DNA of 32,000 nucleotides from Telmatocola sphagniphila (GCF_018398935.1 NZ_CP074694.1:3690001-3722000), one strand, 5' to 3'. Positions 16,905 to 25,683 are shown, numbered from the stretch's first letter. Notes: generated by a model from the letters alone, not told the origin. Translations and numbers: made by a program.

Positions 16905-18188
16905 TTAGTCGACCGCTTTGACTTTCGCATCCTTCAGCGTGAAAACGTAGTCTTCGGGATCATTTTTATTAAGTACCAGTTTGCCCACCACTTGCACCGG
17001 CCCGCGCTGCAATGTGGTCGCCTTGCCGGCCGCTAATTCAACTTGGATTAACCCGGTCGGCTCCGGACTTTCACAGAACCAGCACCCTATCGGAAATTCC
17101 AGAAGCAGGAAATTATTGATTTCCACGGCCTCGGCGGTGCTGAACTCAAAACCGGTGATCGTCACCGTCGTCCCGTCTAATTTTTCAAGATAGGGAAGAT
17201 ACTGAATTTTGAAAGGCTTTTGGATGGTCGTCTCTCCCAAGGCCGGCCAAGGCAGGAGATTGATGGCTCCTTTTTTAATCTCCGGTAAGTTCGCCGGATT
17301 GATTCGGCGCACGAGAGGACGAGCACTCAGGAACTTGATATCGGACCGGAATTTCGCATGTTCCGAATCGGGTAATTTAGCGATCTCGTCGGCGGCTTCC
17401 TTGTAGATACGCCGCCGTTCGCGGATATCCCCCTGCCCCATGCCAAACTCGCTGACGCAACCTTCTATGATGCTGGCCGCGGTTCGCACATCGCCGTGCG
17501 CGTTCGCTAACTCGGCCATTTGCCAGAGAAGTGGGCCATCCGAAGGGAGCCAGAGAGCAAGCTGTTCGATCAGGGCGACGTCGTTGGCGGGTAGTTTCTT
17601 CTTTTGTTCCGGGTCGATTTGTCCCGCCGTGGGACGATTTAAGCTACCGGTAAAGTCTATGCCGAAAAAGTTATCTCGAGGGGTCGCTTTCGCTTTTCGC
17701 AGCCGGATCAGTTTCAGATGGGTCGCTTCATAAGGTTTCCATTTCTCCGGAGCCAGGCGAACGGATTCCTCCAATTGCTTCTCGGCCTGATTCAAATCCC
17801 CGGTTAATTGCCACGCCGTACCCAGATTCGCTGCGATGGCGAAGTTTTTAGGATGCTGTCGAGCGGCCTCCCGCAACCAATCCAGAGCCTCGGTCAATCG
17901 ATTGAGTCGGATCAGTACCGCACCCAGATCGGCCGCTTCCTCGGCGGAGAGACTGCGAGACTTGGCTAGTTCCCTCAACTGTTTTGCGGCGGCTTCGTAT
18001 TGTTCCCGCTGAAGAGTCGCAGGGAATTTATCTGTGGGGGTGATGCCGATGGTCCGCAGCGCCCGATGGTCGAGCAGGAACCCCCGAAAATTGGCGGGAA
18101 GATCAGCATAGATCTCTTTGGAATAGTAGACGCCGGCCTGACAGTAGGCGGGAAGTAGAAGCAGGACAAGTAGAGGAATATAGCGCAT
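16905..18188 (-). CDS. Secreted TPR-repeat protein with C-terminal DUF3299-like domain
   Basis: Start moved to the ATG at 18188 (MRYIPLLVLLLLPAYCQA signal peptide); the 51-aa upstream extension is arginine-rich and implausible. TPR-like helices (AIAANLGTAWQLTGDLNQAEKQLEESVRLAP). C-terminus LDGTTVTITGFEF...NNFLLLEFPIGCWFCESPEP...IQVEL resembles DUF3299. Confidence 0.7.
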   Translation of the reverse strand: MRYIPLLVLLLLPAYCQAGVYYSKEIYADLPANFRGFLLDHRALRTIGITPTDKFPATLQREQYEAAAKQLRELAKSRSLSAEEAADLGAVLIRLNRLTEALDWLREAARQHPKNFAIAANLGTAWQLTGDLNQAEKQLEESVRLAPEKWKPYEATHLKLIRLRKAKATPRDNFFGIDFTGSLNRPTAGQIDPEQKKKLPANDVALIEQLALWLPSDGPLLWQMAELANAHGDVRTAASIIEGCVSEFGMGQGDIRERRRIYKEAADEIAKLPDSEHAKFRSDIKFLSARPLVRRINPANLPEIKKGAINLLPWPALGETTIQKPFKIQYLPYLEKLDGTTVTITGFEFSTAEAVEINNFLLLEFPIGCWFCESPEPTGLIQVELAAGKATTLQRGPVQVVGKLVLNKNDPEDYVFTLKDAKVKAVD

Positions 18189-18410
18189 TTTGAAGCTTCC
18201 GGTGAAATTCGGCCTCCCGGTCGATCGGGCAATTAAGGCAAGTCGAAAACGTCCTTTCGATAGCCTACCGGGCGAAAATTCGGCTCGAACAAGCTTTTTT
18301 CTTTTTCGACACCTCGAAATTCCTATCGACATCTTACGCAAGTTCGGCTATGCGACGCTCCAACGGTGGGGGAGCCGTACCTATTTGGTCCCACACTGGG
18401 GGGGGAAATC

Positions 18411-19772
18411 ATGATCGTTCAAGCCGGGAATATTCCCATGCTGAAAAATGCTTTTCGCGCGGCGCTGGCACTCACGCTGGGCCTGGGGGCGACGCAGGTT
18501 CACGCACAAAACATCGTTGGCGGCGGTGCTTCGGGGATGCCCACGATGAGTGTCCCGGCCAGCAACATCCAAGGAATGTCCGGATCCTCCGGCGTCAGTG
18601 GCCTCAGTTCTCCTCCAAATCCGTTTAGCAGCCCGTCGAGCGGCAGCTCGTCTATTACCAGCGGCAGCACCGATACAAGCCGCATTTATGCCGGCTTCGA
18701 ATACCTGCTGTGGGATATTCCCAATCGTTCTGTCCGAATTCCCGTGGGGACAGTCGGAGATACCAATTCTCTCGGCGTCCTCAACCAACCCGCCACATCC
18801 TTGCTCGGGGGAAACAGTACCAATTACGGGAACTGGACTCCCGGAATGAAGCTCAACTTCGGAGTCTGGTACGACGACAACCATAGCTACGGATCCAACC
18901 TCAGCTTCCTCTGGATGTTCAGCCAGAAGTCTACGTACATGGCCCAGTCCGACGGAAACGGTAATCCTGTAATCTCACGACCATTCTTTGATACTCTATT
19001 CGCAACCGAGGATGTTCGACTGCTCTCCTTCCCCGGCGCCAACACCGGCGGTTACCTCACTCAATCGACGGTACGGATGTGGGGTGCAGAAGTGAATCCG
19101 CTGATTTGCAGTATCTTCGGCGATTCCACTTTCAATTTGAGTTTCTTGACCGGTTTCAAATATCTGTATTTCAATGAAACCTACAACATTCGGGATTCAT
19201 CGAATGCAATTGGTCCAGGCAGTATCTTCTACCTCGGCAACGCCTTCGGTGCCGGGTACGGCACCAGTGTTCTCGATCACGTAGTGGCGGCCAATCACTT
19301 CTACGGATGGAATCTCGGCTTGCAGTTCCACGGGGAATTGAGCAACTTCCTGTTCGATGTGGCGGGTAAGGTCGCCATCGGTGCGAACGAAGAAGTTGTC
19401 GATATTTACGGAGCCACGACGCTCTTGAGAAACAATGTCTACGTTCAAGGAACGCCGGGCGGTTTGCTTGCTCAGCCGAGCAATAGCGGCTCGTTCGACA
19501 AATTTAACTTTGCAGTCATGCCCGAATTGAATGCCTCGATTGGTTACCGGATTATCCCGGGGGTCGAGATCCATTTGACGTATTCCTTGATGTACGTCAG
19601 CAGTTTTGTCCGGGCACCGGATCAACTCCTGGCACGTCAGATTAATTCCGGCATCGTGCCCAGCAGTCCCAATTACGGCGTCGGCGGCAGCGGCCCGGCT
19701 CCCGTGACTTACCTCGATCGATCCGACTTCACGGCTCAATCGATCGGAATCAACTTAACTCTGTCTTATTAA
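18411..19772 (+). CDS. Putative outer-membrane beta-barrel protein (BBP7/DUF1551-like)
   Basis: Signal peptide ...AFRAALALTLGLGATQVHAQ (start at 18411, or the ATG at 18438). S/G/P-rich linker. IYAGFEYLLWDIP motif typical of the planctomycete BBP7-type barrels. C-terminal beta-signal SIGINLTLSY. Confidence 0.6.
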   Translation: MIVQAGNIPMLKNAFRAALALTLGLGATQVHAQNIVGGGASGMPTMSVPASNIQGMSGSSGVSGLSSPPNPFSSPSSGSSSITSGSTDTSRIYAGFEYLLWDIPNRSVRIPVGTVGDTNSLGVLNQPATSLLGGNSTNYGNWTPGMKLNFGVWYDDNHSYGSNLSFLWMFSQKSTYMAQSDGNGNPVISRPFFDTLFATEDVRLLSFPGANTGGYLTQSTVRMWGAEVNPLICSIFGDSTFNLSFLTGFKYLYFNETYNIRDSSNAIGPGSIFYLGNAFGAGYGTSVLDHVVAANHFYGWNLGLQFHGELSNFLFDVAGKVAIGANEEVVDIYGATTLLRNNVYVQGTPGGLLAQPSNSGSFDKFNFAVMPELNASIGYRIIPGVEIHLTYSLMYVSSFVRAPDQLLARQINSGIVPSSPNYGVGGSGPAPVTYLDRSDFTAQSIGINLTLSY

Positions 19773-19794
19773 TCGCATAAAATTGCTCACAATT

Positions 19795-19843
19795 AACAGG
19801 CGGTGGGAGGGCTCCGGTTCTCCGCCGCCTGTTCGCGTTTTCT
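19795..19843 (+). terminator. Rho-independent terminator
   Basis: aacaggcgg...ccgcctgtt stem (9 perfect bp plus G-U/G-C extension) followed by cgcgttttctc, 22 bp after the stop at 19772. Confidence 0.6.
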
Positions 19844-19927
19844 CTGTAAGATTTCCTGTATGGGACTGAATTCTCGATAGATTATTAGAGAGCCGAATTG
19901 CGCCAGTTTCACCCAACTGAGGTTACT

Positions 19928-20470
19928 ATGAAGCATCTTCTCAGCCTGTTCCTCTTTAGCGGGTTAGCCTCTATAACTCTAGCCGGCGAGCCGCATCTGA
20001 AGGTCAGTGCGACCTTCGAGCCTGCGGACGCCAAGCCGGGCCAGGTAGTCACCCTGAAAATCAAGGCCGAGATGGATCCCGAATGGCATACCTACCCAAC
20101 TGTACAGCAGGATAAGGCCGCCAAGGATCAAGTGAATAAAGTGTTGTTCGATCCCAATGGCCCCTTGGTATTCGTGGATAAGATGATCGAACCAGCCAAT
20201 CCCACCATTAAAGAAGAACCCGACTTGGGAATCAAAGCCATGCACTACTATCCGGGTGGAGGCGTCTGGGAAAAAAAGGTGGTCATTTCTCCTAATGCTC
20301 CAGCGGGCAAACTGACGACCAAGTTCACGTTCACCGTACTGACCTGCGACAAGAATAATTGCCTTCCGCCGAAAAAAGTTCCTCTGGAAGTCAGCTTGAA
20401 TGTCTCCGGCGCACCCGTGCCGGTCGATCCCAAGTACAAAGAGGATGTAGCTAAGGCCCTCAAAAAGTAA
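19928..20470 (+). CDS. Secreted DsbD-alpha-like (DsbD N-terminal domain) thiol-disulfide protein
   Basis: Start at MKHLLSLFLFSGLASITLA (signal peptide). GQVVTLKIKAEMDPEWHTYPT and the C-terminal FTFTVLTCDKNNCLPPKKVPLEV match the immunoglobulin-like DsbD alpha domain, with its paired Cys and C.PP motif. Confidence 0.7.
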   Translation: MKHLLSLFLFSGLASITLAGEPHLKVSATFEPADAKPGQVVTLKIKAEMDPEWHTYPTVQQDKAAKDQVNKVLFDPNGPLVFVDKMIEPANPTIKEEPDLGIKAMHYYPGGGVWEKKVVISPNAPAGKLTTKFTFTVLTCDKNNCLPPKKVPLEVSLNVSGAPVPVDPKYKEDVAKALKK

Positions 20471-20501
20471 CCAGTATCCCATCGACAGCATCTAAGATCT
20501 T

Positions 20502-20535
20502 AGACGGGTATCATGCACAAGCCTGATACCCGTCT
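20502..20535 (+). terminator. Intercistronic stem-loop (possible attenuator or processing site)
   Basis: 12-bp perfect stem agacgggtatca / tgatacccgtct with a 10-nt loop, followed by cttgtt (weak T-tract). Lies between the alpha gene and the beta-gamma gene. Confidence 0.35.
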
Positions 20536-20577
20536 CTTGTTAATACCTTCGCTGTTCCACATACTCTCTGGCGAATC

Positions 20578-22134
20578 ATGACTTCAAAACTCCATCCGCT
20601 GGTGCTGATTGCCGCCCTGCTCACTTTGGCTGCTCTCCCTCAGTTAGCCAGCGCGCAGGACATGGCCCTGGCAGAAATTGGCTTCAAACTCCCGGCCACC
20701 CGGGATCTGAAACCGGATCTGGATGTCATCGCCGAAAATATTGTGAAAGAGGAATCGAACACGGCTACTTTCGCCGCTTTCGTACTCGCGGCCGCCGCGT
20801 TTGGCATAATCACGCTCCTGACACCTTGCGTGTTCCCGATGATTCCCATCACCGTGAGCTTCTTTTTGAAGCAGGGAGAGAAGAAAAAAGCGAATCCGCT
20901 GGCACTCGCCACAGTCTATACGGCCACGATCGTGATCGTGCTCGGTGTGGCCGCCGTGACCTTGATCAAGGAGTTTCGCGACCTGGCCGTGAATCCCTGG
21001 GTGAACGTGGCTCTGGCGTTTCTCTTTGTCTTCTTCGCCATGAGCCTGTTCGGGATGTTCGATATTGTGCTGCCGAGCTTTCTGGTGCGGGCTACATCGT
21101 CCCAAGAAGGTCGTGGCGGTTACCTCGGCACCATTTTCATGGCGCTTTCGTTTACAATCGTCAGTTTCACTTGCGTCGCCCCGTTTATGGGAGGCTTTGC
21201 CGGTCTGGCTGCCTCGGGTAAGATGAGCCGGCTGCAACTTTATAGCGGCGGATTGGTATTCGCCGCCACCTTCGCGGCCCCATTTTTCCTTTTGGCGCTA
21301 TTTCCGAGTCTGCTCAAGAAACTGCCCAAGAGCGGTTCCTGGATGAATACTGTGAAGGTATTCATGGGCTTCTTGGAAATGGCGGCGGCCCTCAAATTCC
21401 TTCGCACAGCGGAAATTCGCTGGTATAGCCCACCTGTGCTTTTCACCTACGATTTTGTGCTCGGTATCTGGATCGCCCTTTTATTGCTGGCCGGGCTCTA
21501 TCTTTTGGCGATGTATCGGCTCCCTCATGACGAACCGATGGAGCACATCGGCGTTTTTCGGCTATTTTTCGCCATTGCGGCGTTCTCCCTGGCGGCCTAT
21601 CTTTTTCCCGCTTTATTCCCGGGCAAAAACGGTGAGAAAAATCGCCCGGCCGGAATCGTGTTCGCCTGGGTGGATGCGTTTCTACTGCCGGAGTCGGAAG
21701 AAACCAGCTCTACCGGCCTCATCATTTCGTCCGACTTGAAACGAACGCTCGAAGAAGCCCGTCGTAAGAACAAGCTGGTCTTCCTCGATTTCACAGGTGT
21801 CACCTGCACGAACTGCCGGCTCAACGAGAAAAACGTTTTCCCGAAACCGGCGGTGGCCGATTTGATGAAGAAGTATCTGAACGTGCAGATGTATACCGAT
21901 ACGGTTCCAGCGAATCTTTACGAAGGCACGGCCTCCGACGAGAAGCGGGAGAAAGATGCCGAGGCGATTCTGGAATTTCAACAGAAGGTGCTGAATACGA
22001 TTCAGTTGCCAACCTACGCGATTTTGAAGCCGGTTGAGGGGGGAAAGTATCAACTGGTGGGCACCTACGAGGAAGGCAAGATCAACAATGTAGAGGCTTT
22101 CGTTAACTTCCTCAAGAAACCTCTCGAAAAATAG
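20578..22134 (+). CDS. DsbD-like thiol:disulfide electron transporter: CcdA/DsbD-beta membrane core fused to a C-terminal thioredoxin-like (gamma) domain
   Basis: 518-aa ORF. Signal peptide. Conserved membrane Cys motifs LTPCVFPMIPITVSFF and SFTCVAPFMGGF. Multiple TM helices. C-terminal LVFLDFTGVTCTNCRLNE (CxxC thioredoxin-like site). Confidence 0.85.
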   Translation: MTSKLHPLVLIAALLTLAALPQLASAQDMALAEIGFKLPATRDLKPDLDVIAENIVKEESNTATFAAFVLAAAAFGIITLLTPCVFPMIPITVSFFLKQGEKKKANPLALATVYTATIVIVLGVAAVTLIKEFRDLAVNPWVNVALAFLFVFFAMSLFGMFDIVLPSFLVRATSSQEGRGGYLGTIFMALSFTIVSFTCVAPFMGGFAGLAASGKMSRLQLYSGGLVFAATFAAPFFLLALFPSLLKKLPKSGSWMNTVKVFMGFLEMAAALKFLRTAEIRWYSPPVLFTYDFVLGIWIALLLLAGLYLLAMYRLPHDEPMEHIGVFRLFFAIAAFSLAAYLFPALFPGKNGEKNRPAGIVFAWVDAFLLPESEETSSTGLIISSDLKRTLEEARRKNKLVFLDFTGVTCTNCRLNEKNVFPKPAVADLMKKYLNVQMYTDTVPANLYEGTASDEKREKDAEAILEFQQKVLNTIQLPTYAILKPVEGGKYQLVGTYEEGKINNVEAFVNFLKKPLEK

Positions 22135-22179
22135 GCTGGAATTGACCCGAGATCGAAATTAAGGTATGATTTAATAAGC

Positions 22180-22635
22180 ATGTTGCGAAGTCTCTTCTGC
22201 GTCTGGTTTACCATTTTCAGCCTTTTCGGGCCGGTGCTCTGCTGTTGTATTTTGAAGCCACTGGCCGCTGCTGAACCGTTGAATTTCAGTTCTGAAGCGA
22301 CGCCGGAAGCGGAGCCAGTCGATGAATGCCCTTTCTGCAAGGCCGAAAAAGCCAAGACGACCCATCCTGCTAAACCGCAGCCCTCTCCGCCCAAAGAAAG
22401 TCCGATTAAGTGCCCCTGCCAGGGACAGATCACTCAGGTGGATCTGAACATTCCGCCCGCAAATACCTCGGCGGAACTGAGCTGGAATCTCAGTCAATGG
22501 GATGGGGTTTGGGTTTATCTCGTTCAAAATCCGACAACTGAAAATCTAACTCCCCTTGATTTCGCATTCGAGCGGCCCCCCTGGCCGATGGCTCTTCGCG
22601 ATTCACTCGCTTTGCTGCAGATCTTACGCTGTTAA
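22180..22635 (+). CDS. Hypothetical signal-anchored protein with CPFC and CPC motifs
   Basis: 151-aa ORF on the same strand, 45 bp after the DsbD-like gene. Hydrophobic N-terminus (FCVWFTIFSLFGPVLCCCIL), then DECPFCKAEK and IKCPCQGQ. No family recognised; SD is weak. Confidence 0.45.
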   Translation: MLRSLFCVWFTIFSLFGPVLCCCILKPLAAAEPLNFSSEATPEAEPVDECPFCKAEKAKTTHPAKPQPSPPKESPIKCPCQGQITQVDLNIPPANTSAELSWNLSQWDGVWVYLVQNPTTENLTPLDFAFERPPWPMALRDSLALLQILRC

Positions 22636-22728
22636 CGGACAGTAGATTCTCAAATTGGATCTTTAACCTCGTCGTTCAGGAGCTAGGCTTCCTGACACCA
22701 AGATTTGTTCGACACTATTTCAAGTGAG

Positions 22729-23037
22729 ATGAATTCCATGATTACGAAACTAATCGCGGCCTCGGCCGCTCTGATGATGGGTATTACCCTGGGTTTCAGC
22801 GGTGCGAGTTCCAGCAACCGAAATTGCTGCACCGAGGGTGCGGCCTGTTGCTTCGAAGGTTCGCCTTGCTGCGAATCGTATGGAAACTGCTGCTATGAAG
22901 GTGCGGCCTGTTGCCTTGAAGGTTTGCCTTGCTGCGAGTCGGTGAAAGCTACTTCGGCGACGAGCAAATCCTGCTGTGGCGCAGGCTCGGCTTGCTGCGA
23001 AGTGGGCGCTGATTGCTGCACCGAAAGCAGCAAGTAA
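22729..23037 (+). CDS. Secreted cysteine-doublet repeat protein (nine CC pairs, CC-x5 heptad register)
   Basis: The ORF track gives 22705..23037 (TTG start); the ATG at 22729 or 22738 precedes a signal-like segment ITKLIAASAALMMGITLGFSGASS. Mature part: CCTEGAACCFEGSPCCESYGNCCYEGAACCLEGLPCCES-(linker)-SCCGAGSACCEVGADCCTESSK. A 63-nt tandem duplication at 22825-22887 / 22888-22950 preserves the frame. Confidence 0.6.
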   Translation: MNSMITKLIAASAALMMGITLGFSGASSSNRNCCTEGAACCFEGSPCCESYGNCCYEGAACCLEGLPCCESVKATSATSKSCCGAGSACCEVGADCCTESSK

Positions 23038-23094
23038 GAATGCGAAAGGGGTGGGTTTGAAAACCCACCCCCCATCATCACATTAAAAAAAGAG

Positions 23095-23120
23095 GGCCCT
23101 GCCGAAGCAGGGCCTTTTCG
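23095..23120. terminator. Bidirectional rho-independent terminator
   Basis: Stem ggccctgc / gcagggcc with loop cgaa, an A-run upstream (aaaaaaaga) and ttttcgttt downstream. Lies between convergent gene ends 23037 (+) and 23152 (-). A second hairpin ggggtgggttt / aaacccacccc is at 23048-23071. Confidence 0.7.
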
Positions 23121-23151
23121 TTTAAGTTTATTTTCTCGCTCTGATTAGCAC

Positions 23152-24426
23152 TTAGCCCACCAGTTCCTTGATCGGCAACACATCGGCTTCCTTGTCGGCG
23201 GCCAGATAGGTAGGACGACCCAGGTTGTCGCGGATCTGAGCCTTGGGATCAAGACCCAGTGCGGCATAGATCGTCGCATAAAGATTGTTGATCTTAACCG
23301 GGTTGTCTTTGACCATTTCGCCGCCGGCATCGGTCGAGCCGACCACTTGGCCGCCCTTGATGTTACCACCAGCGACAACCACCGACCAAGCTCGAGGATA
23401 GTGGTCGCGGCCACCGTTCTGATTGATGCGAGGAGTTCGGCCGAAGTCGCCCATCCACACTACAACCGTGTCTTTCAAGCGGCCCGACTTTTCGAGGTCT
23501 TCAATCAAAGATCCCATGGCTTTATCGAGCGTCGGCAAAGCCCGAGTAGCGAGAGCATTGAAGATACCGGCGTGCATGTCCCAACCACCCAGTGACACTT
23601 CGACGGCGACAGCTCCGGCTTCGGTTAATTTCTTGGCCAGCAAGCAGCCTTTGCCGAAGTTGTTATTACCGTAGCGGGTAATGTCGGACTGATTGTTCAG
23701 AGCAAAGAGATCCTTCTTGCTGCTGACCACCAGATTCATGGCCTTGCCGTAAACTTCCTGGTGGGACTTCGAAGCGTCCTTATCCAGGTGGGTGCTGTGC
23801 TGGAAACCCGCTTCCAGCTTGTTGAACATGCTTTCGCGGGTTTTCATGCGGTCGGCCGTCACATCCGAAGGAGTCTTGATATTTTCGGGAGGAAGACCGG
23901 GGTTTTGTACGTTGAACGGAGCATAGCGCATCCCGAGGAAGCCGGGGCCGCGTGATCCGCCGCCGGCCGAGATGAAGGAAGGCAGATCGGTTTCATTTTC
24001 GCGATTGAGGTAGCTCAGAACCGAACCGATCGAGGGGAAGTCGACCAGCGGATTCGGGGAGCGGCCGGTGTTCATGAGGGTGGTGCCCCGCATGTGATCG
24101 CCTTCGGTCGTCGTCAGGCTGCGGATGATGGCCATGTTCTTCATCTGCTTGGCCACGGTCGGCAGGTGTTCGGAAATTTGGATGCCGCCTACCGAGGTGC
24201 TGATTGGCTTGTGTTCGCCGCCGTTGGCGTGACCGGGTTTCATATCCCAGAGGTCGATCGTGGAAGGTCCGCCGCCCATCCACAGGATGATCAGGCTCTT
24301 CTGTTTCTTTTTCAATTCCTTGCTTTGTGCGTGAATCGAATTCAAGAAAGCCAATCCCGGAAGGGACATGGCCGACATCCCTGCCATGTGACTCATAAAA
24401 TGCCGACGATTCTGGGTACCGAACAT
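23152..24426 (-). CDS. DUF1501 domain protein (sulfatase-fold, Tat-exported)
   Basis: 424-aa ORF. Twin-arginine signal QNRRHFMSHMAGMSAMSLPGLAFL. LIILWMGGGPSTIDLWDMKP and GRDHYPRAWSVVVAGGNIKGGQVVG are the DUF1501 hallmarks. Confidence 0.9.
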   Translation of the reverse strand: MFGTQNRRHFMSHMAGMSAMSLPGLAFLNSIHAQSKELKKKQKSLIILWMGGGPSTIDLWDMKPGHANGGEHKPISTSVGGIQISEHLPTVAKQMKNMAIIRSLTTTEGDHMRGTTLMNTGRSPNPLVDFPSIGSVLSYLNRENETDLPSFISAGGGSRGPGFLGMRYAPFNVQNPGLPPENIKTPSDVTADRMKTRESMFNKLEAGFQHSTHLDKDASKSHQEVYGKAMNLVVSSKKDLFALNNQSDITRYGNNNFGKGCLLAKKLTEAGAVAVEVSLGGWDMHAGIFNALATRALPTLDKAMGSLIEDLEKSGRLKDTVVVWMGDFGRTPRINQNGGRDHYPRAWSVVVAGGNIKGGQVVGSTDAGGEMVKDNPVKINNLYATIYAALGLDPKAQIRDNLGRPTYLAADKEADVLPIKELVG

Positions 24427-24639
24427 TTGAATCCCCTTCGAGGTTGGTAATCTCTTTTATTTCTTGTTATCAGCTTAGGTTCTAAACTTCATTTGAGCAA
24501 TTGGAATTTCTTATCTGAATATGATAAAAGACGGGTGGCCCGGCGGATTAGTTCCAAAAACGATAAAAAGATTCGGACAGAATTTGTCCGATATTCGATT
24601 ATTCCCGTAACAGCGGCATTTGGCTCTGGAATTACAAAT

Positions 24640-25683
24640 ATGGCGACGACAGAAAAAGCTCCGGACGGCCAGATTGCCAAGGAAATTGCCGCGATTTACG
24701 AGCGGATGACCGCCCAGATCGGTCAGGTGATCGTCGGGCAGCAGCAAGTCATCGAACAAATGCTGATCGCCATGTTCAGCCGCGGGCACTGCCTGCTGGT
24801 CGGGGTGCCCGGCCTGGCCAAAACCCTGCTCGTCAGCACCGTCGCCCGGGTCATGCACCTTTCCTTTAAACGAATCCAGTTTACGCCCGATTTGATGCCC
24901 GCCGACATAACCGGCACCGAAATCCTTCAGGAAGATCCCGAAACCGGCAAGCGGAAGTTCGACTTCCTGGCCGGTCCGGTCTTCGCCAACCTGATCCTGG
25001 CCGATGAGATCAACCGGACGCCCCCGAAAACGCAGGCTGCTTTGCTGGAAGCGATGCAGGAGCATAGTGTTACGGCTGGCGGTCGGACTCACGCACTGCC
25101 AACTCCGTTTTTTGTCCTGGCCACCCAGAACCCGATCGAACAGGAAGGAACCTACCCGCTGCCGGAAGCCCAGCAGGATCGCTTCATGTTCTCCGTGAAG
25201 GTCGACTACCCGACCCGTTCGGAAGAAATCCAGATCATGAAGTCGACCACGGCTTTGGAGAAGCCCAAGGTCGAAGTGATTGTGGATGCCAAACAGATTA
25301 TCCGTTATCAGGATTACGTGCGGCAGGTCGTTGTCGGCGATCACATCTTCAACTACGCGGCCGAGATCGTTCGCTCCACCCGGCCCAAGGAAGTCGGCTC
25401 CACTAAATTCGTGCAGGAACATCTCACCTGGGGGGCCGGCCCGCGAGCCAGCCAGTTTTTGATCCTCGGCGGCAAAGCCCGGGCCATTCTGCGCGGTCGG
25501 CACCATGTCACCACGGAGGACATTCGCGAAATGGCCTATCCGGTACTACGGCATCGCATCATGCCGAGCTTCCAGGCCGAGGCCGATGGCATTTCAACGG
25601 ATATGATCATTAAACGAATTCTGGAAAACACCCCGTTGCCCCAGGAAGAGGCGGCCAATCGGCTGCGGAAATCGAGCGCATGA
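24640..25683 (+). CDS. MoxR-family AAA+ ATPase
   Basis: Start moved to the ATG at 24640 ([10 protein letters not shown]...); the upstream 49 codons are AT-rich and non-homologous. Walker A GVPGLAKT, Walker [44 protein letters not shown]. Confidence 0.9.
   Translation: MATTEKAPDGQIAKEIAAIYERMTAQIGQVIVGQQQVIEQMLIAMFSRGHCLLVGVPGLAKTLLVSTVARVMHLSFKRIQFTPDLMPADITGTEILQEDPETGKRKFDFLAGPVFANLILADEINRTPPKTQAALLEAMQEHSVTAGGRTHALPTPFFVLATQNPIEQEGTYPLPEAQQDRFMFSVKVDYPTRSEEIQIMKSTTALEKPKVEVIVDAKQIIRYQDYVRQVVVGDHIFNYAAEIVRSTRPKEVGSTKFVQEHLTWGAGPRASQFLILGGKARAILRGRHHVTTEDIREMAYPVLRHRIMPSFQAEADGISTDMIIKRILENTPLPQEEAANRLRKSSA

Noticed and set aside
16905-18341. Long form of the TPR-DUF3299 ORF starting at 18341
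   Set aside because: The extra 51 residues are Arg/Lys-rich and precede a perfect signal peptide that begins at the ATG at 18188.
22065-22527. Minus-strand ORFs 22065..22433 and 22171..22527
   Set aside because: They compete with the plus-strand 22180..22635 ORF, which has a signal anchor and fits the operon direction. The call remains of only moderate confidence.
22893-23081. 62-aa ORF antisense to the CC-repeat gene
   Set aside because: Its Q/A/P-rich translation is the mirror of the Cys/Glu/Gly codons. It runs through the terminator hairpin and has no start context.
24493-24639. N-terminal extension of the MoxR ORF
   Set aside because: The AT-rich extension has no homology to the MoxR N-terminus. 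The canonical MoxR start region begins at the ATG at 24640.
24511-25506. 331-aa minus-strand ORF
   Set aside because: Antisense to the MoxR ATPase, which has full Walker A/B and sensor motifs.
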